A stretch of DNA of 64,000 bases, from assembly GCA_963708045.1 (NCBI GenBank), contig OY970181.1, positions 387,740 through 451,739 of the forward strand, in the 5' to 3' direction. The notes beneath the pieces are model-generated. The model was not told the origin of the DNA, searched no databases, and saw only the letters and a list, made by a program, of their open reading frames with translations. How positions within the stretch are numbered: the first letter of the stretch is position 1; each line of letters opens with the position of its first letter. Made by a program: the position numbers and the translations under genes. The DNA is from an uncultured bacterium. Its GTDB lineage: Bacteria > Patescibacteriota > Patescibacteriia > CAIQCM01. Below, in pieces: positions 58,606 through 64,000 of the stretch.

Positions 58606-60375
58606 ATGGCCGAAGAACAAAGTTACAATCTAGAACGCTTAAACGACCGCGCCGCGGTGATTGTAAACGCGGCCGGCGAGAAATTTGTAACTTTTGGCGA
58701 CGGGAAAACGCTTCCCTTTGGCGTGTTTATGCGCGAGGAAGTTTTTAATCTGGTTTCGGTTTTTTTAGGCACGCCAAGTTCTAACGTCACTCTGCTTGAT
58801 TCGGCAAAATTGACCGGCCTCGTTGGCGCACTTCTCGCGCGGCAAAGCCGCGCGCACGGTTCGGTTGTTGATATTTTGGCCAAAGAATTTTTAAAACCCG
58901 ACGGCACGGTGAATCGCGAAAAAGCCGAAGCGCTTATTCACCGCGTGCTCATTCAGTTTGGCGACGATTCCGTGCAAGAGCTTGAATGCGCGACGGTGCT
59001 CTTTACTTCTATTTCCAATTTGGCGACTAAGAAAATTGAAGACCGCCGTCTTGGTAGCTACATTGAACAATCCAGTCGCTATGTTGTTTACACGGAGCGC
59101 GATCCGGTTTCGCGAGCTTGGCGCTATGCGCGCGAGCCGCGAATTATGGCGAGCGCTTTTGCAAAAGATTATGAAAGGACAATGGACGCGGCGTTTGACC
59201 TTTATGCGCGACTTTCGGAAATGCTTACAAGCTACTACGCGAGCATAAAACCACTTCAGGACGCCGAGTATGCGATCCGTCCGGACGAACCGCGCAAACT
59301 GCGCTGGCTGGAACTTCGGTCCGACGACGAGCGCAAAGAGTTTGAACGTGTTTACAAAACCGATCTTAAGACGCGTGCTTGCGACACGGCGCGCGTTGTT
59401 TTGCCAGCCGCGACCCTAACTAATATGGCAATGGTCGCAAACGGCCGCACCTATGAATATCTTTTAAAAGTTTTGTACTCGGCCGATATTCCCGAATTTT
59501 CTGACATTGCCGAACGCCTGCATAGTACGCTCAACCGGATAATTCCCCAGTATGTAAAGCGTGCCCTGCCAGCAGGTGATGAATTTTTGCGCGATTTGCG
59601 CGTGCGCGGACTACAGATTGCCGCGACTTATCCCGAGCTAAATAATGCCGACCCTAGCGAAGAGGTAAAGCTTATTGATTTGCCAAACTTGCTCGCCCCG
59701 GGGGAGGAAGCGCAAATTCATTTGCTCGCCGCCGCGCTCTATCCGCATTCGCGTGTCTCATACGGAAAAATCGTGGAGAGTATTAAAAACAGCCGCCGCA
59801 ATTACGTTGGGCTTATTGGACACCTTGCTGGTGGGCGAAAAAATCGCCGTGACCGTTCGCCGCGCGCTTTTGAACTTGGTTATCCCGTGAACGCCGAAGT
59901 GGTTTGCGACTTTGGCGCGTATCGCGATTTGCATCGCCACCGAATGCTCACTTTGGAGCGCCAAGCGCTGACGCCGTATCTTGGTTTCGCGATGCCAGAC
60001 GATATCATCGTAATCGGAATGGGAAACGAAGTTGCCGCGCTTGCCGAGGCCGTTTCCGCGCTTTATAAAAATATTGAAAAAGAAATTAATGCCGACGCCG
60101 CCGAATACTGCGTTCTCTTTGGCCACAAGTTACGCTTCCGCATTGGAATGAATTTGCGTGAGGCCCAGCATCTTTTGGAATTGCGCACCGTGGCGCAGGG
60201 ACATCCCAACTACCGTCGCGTCGCGCAAAAAATTTGCAAAGAAATTTTCGCCCGCGCCCCTTGGCTCGCCGAAACCGGGCTTTTAAAATTTGTTGATTGG
60301 AACGAATACAACTGGGCGCGCGCTGACGCTGAAGCCAAACAAAGCCAGAAGACGCTCGGGCTGGATGGGAAATAG
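58606..60375 (+). CDS. thyX: FAD-dependent thymidylate synthase, tandem two-domain form
   Basis: FGDDSV.EL, SYIEQSSRY, D.AR.VLPAAT.TN, DFGAYRDLHRHR, NLREA.HLLELR. Confidence 0.9.
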   Translation: MAEEQSYNLERLNDRAAVIVNAAGEKFVTFGDGKTLPFGVFMREEVFNLVSVFLGTPSSNVTLLDSAKLTGLVGALLARQSRAHGSVVDILAKEFLKPDGTVNREKAEALIHRVLIQFGDDSVQELECATVLFTSISNLATKKIEDRRLGSYIEQSSRYVVYTERDPVSRAWRYAREPRIMASAFAKDYERTMDAAFDLYARLSEMLTSYYASIKPLQDAEYAIRPDEPRKLRWLELRSDDERKEFERVYKTDLKTRACDTARVVLPAATLTNMAMVANGRTYEYLLKVLYSADIPEFSDIAERLHSTLNRIIPQYVKRALPAGDEFLRDLRVRGLQIAATYPELNNADPSEEVKLIDLPNLLAPGEEAQIHLLAAALYPHSRVSYGKIVESIKNSRRNYVGLIGHLAGGRKNRRDRSPRAFELGYPVNAEVVCDFGAYRDLHRHRMLTLERQALTPYLGFAMPDDIIVIGMGNEVAALAEAVSALYKNIEKEINADAAEYCVLFGHKLRFRIGMNLREAQHLLELRTVAQGHPNYRRVAQKICKEIFARAPWLAETGLLKFVDWNEYNWARADAEAKQSQKTLGLDGK

Positions 60376-60500
60376 TTGACGGATTTGCTTGTTTCTGTTA
60401 AGGTAATTAACTGGACATGTTTGAACAACATGTCCATTTTTGTACCAATACTAACCCCTAATTTCTAAAATCTAATTTCCAATCTCTAATCTCAATAAAT

Positions 60501-61829
60501 ATGTCCAACCCTATTGTTCAAGCTATTAAGCAAATTTGCGACGAAAAGAAACTTTCTGCCGAAGCAGTTTTGGAAACCGTTGAGGCGGCACTTGCGGCTG
60601 CCTACCGAAAAGATTTTGGCGAAAAAAATCAGAACGTCAAAATTGTTTTTGATCCGGAAAGCGGCAATATGCGTGCCTTTGACGTAAAGACGATTGTTGC
60701 CGAAGAGCTTTACGAAAAATATGTTAAAGAAGAAGAAGATCGGAAAAAAGCTTCCGAAGAAGCAGTGGCACTTGGCATAAAGCCGGAAGACCGCAAAGAA
60801 GAAAAGCGCGCGGAACCGATTGCGCCAGCGCTTAATCCCGACGGCACGCCCATTCCTGAAGAGCCGGTTTATAATCCAAAACTTAATCTCGCGCTTTCAG
60901 AAGCGCGCGAAATAAAAAAAGACGCCGAAGTCGGCGAAGAGTTGCGTTTGGAATTGGAAATCCCTTCGGCTTTCGGCCGAATGGCGGCGATGACCGCCAA
61001 GCAAGTTATTACCCAGCGCCTGCGCGAAGCTGAACGGATCAATGTTTATAACGAAATGAAAAGCCAGGAAGGCGAACTTGTCGCTGGTGTGGTTCAACGC
61101 CGCGAGGGCCGTATGGTGCTCGTTGATCTTGGTCGGACAACCGGCGTTATGCCGCCTGAAGAACAAATTTCAACCGAGAACTACAACCCCGGCGATCGTG
61201 TTAAGGTTTTTGTCACCGCTGTTAATGTTACCCAGCGCGGTCCGCAGGTAATTGTTTCTCGCGCCTCCGAAGAAATTGTGCGCAAACTTTTTTCGTTGGA
61301 AATTCCCGAAGTTGCTTCGGGCGTTGTTTCCGTTCATGCCGTTGCTCGCGAAGCTGGTTCGCGCGCCAAGGTTGCCGTGAGTTCCAAAGAAGCGAATATT
61401 GATCCGATCGGTTCTTGTATTGGCCAGCGTGGTACGCGCATTCAAACGATTATTTCGGAATTGGGCGGCGAAAAAATTGACGTTATTCAATGGGAAGAAG
61501 ACGCGCAAAAATTTATCGCCATGGCGCTCGCGCCAGCCAAAGTAAGCAAAGTTGAATTGGACGCGGCCTCGGGAACGGCGAATGTCACGGTTGCGACCGA
61601 CCAGTTGTCGCTCGCCATCGGTCGCGGCGGACAAAACGTCCGCTTGGCCTCGCGCCTTTCCGGTTGGAAGATAAACATTATTGAAGAAAACAAAGCTCCG
61701 ACCGAAGACGAAACACCAGCGGAAGAATCCAAAGAAAAACCTGAAACCGAGGTCGAAAGAAAAGACCAAAGAAGAAGTAAACGACAAAGACGGCGAATAA
61801 AACCGTTCGGATTAGATATTAGAAATTAG
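60501..61829 (+). CDS. nusA: transcription termination/antitermination factor NusA (tail probably frameshifted)
   Basis: FGRMAAMTAKQVI.QRLREAER, AREAGSRAKVAV, IDPIGSCIGQRG, SLAIGRGGQNVRLA. Confidence 0.96.
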   Translation: MSNPIVQAIKQICDEKKLSAEAVLETVEAALAAAYRKDFGEKNQNVKIVFDPESGNMRAFDVKTIVAEELYEKYVKEEEDRKKASEEAVALGIKPEDRKEEKRAEPIAPALNPDGTPIPEEPVYNPKLNLALSEAREIKKDAEVGEELRLELEIPSAFGRMAAMTAKQVITQRLREAERINVYNEMKSQEGELVAGVVQRREGRMVLVDLGRTTGVMPPEEQISTENYNPGDRVKVFVTAVNVTQRGPQVIVSRASEEIVRKLFSLEIPEVASGVVSVHAVAREAGSRAKVAVSSKEANIDPIGSCIGQRGTRIQTIISELGGEKIDVIQWEEDAQKFIAMALAPAKVSKVELDAASGTANVTVATDQLSLAIGRGGQNVRLASRLSGWKINIIEENKAPTEDETPAEESKEKPETEVERKDQRRSKRQRRRIKPFGLDIRN

Positions 61830-61844
61830 ATATTAGATATTTTT

Positions 61845-62594
61845 ATGATGGATCTTTATACCACAATTCTTTTTCAGCCAATCTGGAACCTACTCGTCTG
61901 GCTTTATACGACCATTCCGGGTCGTGATTTTGGCATTGCTGTGATCGCACTCACGATTGTTATTCGCCTCATTCTTTGGCCGCTCCAGCAGTCGGCGCTC
62001 AAGTCGCAAAAGGCGATGCAGACACTTCAGCCAAAACTAAAAGAAGTTCAGGCAAAATACAAAGACGACAAAGTCGCGCAAAATAAAGCGATGATGGAAC
62101 TTTATGCAACGGAAAAAGTTTCGCCTTTTTCTTCGTGCTTGCCGCTCCTAATTCAGTTTCCGTTTTTAATCGCGCTCTACCAAACGCTTCAGAGCGGTCT
62201 CACTAAAGCCGATTTCGGTCTGCTTTATCCGTTTGTTTCTAATCCAGGATCAATTAATCAGATTGCTTTTGGTTTTCTTGACCTATCGCAAAAATCTATT
62301 CCGCTCGCCGTCCTTGCTGGTCTTGCGCAATTTTGGCAAACCAAAATGATGCCGATGAGCTCGCCAGCCGCAAATATGGGCGATGGTGCCAAAGACGAAC
62401 GCCAGCTCGTGCAGATGAATAAGATGATGCTTTATATGATGCCGGCGTTTACGGTTTTTCTTGGCGCAACGCTCCCCGGTGGTTTGACTCTTTATTGGCT
62501 TATAACAACGCTCATGTCCGTTCTCCAGCAATGGCTCTTCCTCCGTAATCACAAAAGGAAGATGGCGGCAGCGGCTACAACGCCGACGGTTTAA
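61845..62594 (+). CDS. yidC: membrane protein insertase YidC (short Oxa1-like form)
   Basis: GIAVIALTIVIRLILWP, MQ.LQPKL, CLPLLIQFPFLIALY, GLTLYW. Confidence 0.93.
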   Translation: MMDLYTTILFQPIWNLLVWLYTTIPGRDFGIAVIALTIVIRLILWPLQQSALKSQKAMQTLQPKLKEVQAKYKDDKVAQNKAMMELYATEKVSPFSSCLPLLIQFPFLIALYQTLQSGLTKADFGLLYPFVSNPGSINQIAFGFLDLSQKSIPLAVLAGLAQFWQTKMMPMSSPAANMGDGAKDERQLVQMNKMMLYMMPAFTVFLGATLPGGLTLYWLITTLMSVLQQWLFLRNHKRKMAAAATTPTV

Positions 62595-62641
62595 AAGGCA
62601 CGAACATCCGCGTAATGTGGGTGGAGGAAACAAGGAAACAT

Positions 62642-63535
62642 ATGCTTCTAGACGAAGCGGTGCTTAAAACAATTTCCTATTTTGACCTTTTTGATTATCC
62701 GCTTACTCGCGCCGAGATTTGGAAGTATTTAATCAGCGAAAAAATAAATTTATTCGAAACGGACACCGTTCTTACGACGCTCGTAAAAAGCGGGCGGCTT
62801 GAAGAAAAAAACGGTTTAATATTTTTTCCGGGGCGGGGAAGTATCGCTTTTAAGCGCGAATCACGTTATCGTCACGCGGCGCGCAAATGGCGCCGCGCTC
62901 ACCGTTGGGCGAATTTTTTTTCGGCCATCCCTGGCGTCGCGCTTGTTGGTATTGGCAACACGCTTTCGTATGGTAACGCCAAAGACAGTTCGGATATTGA
63001 TTTTTTTATCATTGTCCGTCGCGGCACGATTTGGCGAACAAGATTTTTTGCCGCCGGCATGGCCGCGCTTTTTCGTTTGCGCCCGACGCCAAAAACAGGG
63101 CGCGACAAGATTTGTCTCTCGTTTTTTGTTGACGAAGATAATTTAAATTTGCAAAAATTCGCTATCACCGCTTCTCCGGATATATATTTGGCTTTTTGGA
63201 TCGGTCAAATGATGCCGCTTTATGGCGACGTCCGTATTTACGAAAGATTTTTGTCGGAAAATGGTTGGGTTAAAGAAATTTTACCGAATATTTTTGGTTG
63301 TGGCGTGGTGAGCAAAAAAAATAATCTAAGCAAATATATTTTTTCTCCGTTAAATTTATTGCCAGGGAATTTTTTAAAGAAATTTCAAAGTCGTCATTTT
63401 CCCGCTGCTCTGCTTTTGGCGGAAAAAAAACGCGATGGCGCGGTTTGTATTTCCGACGAAGTATTAAAGTTTCACCTTAACGATCGCCGCGGCGAGATAT
63501 ACAATATGTGGAACAGGCGAATATCTAATACCTAA
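62642..63535 (+). CDS. nucleotidyltransferase-like hypothetical protein
   Basis: TISYFDLFDYPLT; GNTLS..NAKDSSDIDFFII; KICLSFFV. Confidence 0.7.
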   Translation: MLLDEAVLKTISYFDLFDYPLTRAEIWKYLISEKINLFETDTVLTTLVKSGRLEEKNGLIFFPGRGSIAFKRESRYRHAARKWRRAHRWANFFSAIPGVALVGIGNTLSYGNAKDSSDIDFFIIVRRGTIWRTRFFAAGMAALFRLRPTPKTGRDKICLSFFVDEDNLNLQKFAITASPDIYLAFWIGQMMPLYGDVRIYERFLSENGWVKEILPNIFGCGVVSKKNNLSKYIFSPLNLLPGNFLKKFQSRHFPAALLLAEKKRDGAVCISDEVLKFHLNDRRGEIYNMWNRRISNT

Positions 63536-63558
63536 TACCTAATATCTAATCCGTCCGC

Positions 63559-63773
63559 CGCCATTCCGAGCCTGGTTAGTTGCTTTGTCTTGACGAGGAA
63601 TCACGGAGCAATTAAGAGACGTTGAGTTCCCTCGTCGCTACCGCTTCTCGGGATGACGCCATACACCCCGCCGTCGTTCCGAGTCTGTAAGGTCGGTTTG
63701 TCCAAGGCGAGGAATCACGGAGGTGAATTTGAGACGTTGAGTTCCCTCGTCGCTACCACTTCTCGGGATGACG
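63559..63773 (+). repeat. two tandem CGTC-tagged repeats (copies G and H)
   Basis: units at 63559-63658 and 63672-63773; linker atacaccccgc. Confidence 0.88.
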
Positions 63774-63812
63774 GCGATGGGTGGAGTTAATATCTAAATG
63801 ACGTCCTAAAAA

Positions 63813-64000
63813 ATGTATATAAAAATCATAAATCAAATTGATCGGTGGGGGACGATACTGCTCGTGTTTTTAATTCCTTGGCAGGCGCGGATTATTTTTC
63901 GCCAAGGATTTTTGGCAGGCGCGCCGCACGAGCCGCTCACGATCTCGCTTTACGCTTTTGAAGTCGGCGTTTTTGCGATTTTTCTTGTTCGCCTTTTTGT
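63813..64000 (+). CDS. 5' part of a membrane protein, possibly O-antigen ligase family; runs off the window
   Basis: MYIKIINQIDRWGTILLVFLIPWQARII...TISLYAFE; frame open to the end. Confidence 0.55.
   Translation, partial: MYIKIINQIDRWGTILLVFLIPWQARIIFRQGFLAGAPHEPLTISLYAFEVGVFAIFLVRLF

Overview
This is a 64-kb chromosomal segment of a small-genome bacterium. Gene content and style point to Patescibacteria/CPR (inference): many prepilin-type genes, a VirB2/TrbC-like Cys-rich pilin, ThyX plus Tmk, tRNA-Ile(UAU), and few Shine-Dalgarno sites. Core functions include RNase P RNA, five tRNAs, trpS/valS/tyrS/argS, rnj, secG, uvrA, rplS, a CCA-adding enzyme, nusA and yidC. Accessory parts are a foreign-looking 2.6-kb left end, five type IV pilin-like genes, and a type I restriction-modification locus downstream of tRNA-Leu(GAG). 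The main observations are: (1) a 1.7-kb two-pilin cassette flanked by a 44-bp direct repeat of the rnj 3' end, whose two mismatches are both synonymous; (2) a fused ABC-ATPase/TOPRIM (PARIS/OLD-like) gene inside the type I RM operon; (3) strong TCGA avoidance plus three apparent TCGA-to-TTGA changes (two in-frame TGA codons and a tRNA T-loop); (4) a ~100-bp CGTC-tagged palindromic repeat family (8 full copies plus 1 partial) and many 7-nt-period tandem arrays, often in inverted pairs; (5) two promoter-to-terminator units without real ORFs (candidate sRNAs). A frameshift in argS and an apparent one in the nusA tail suggest some assembly errors. All calls come from manual reading, with no database searches.
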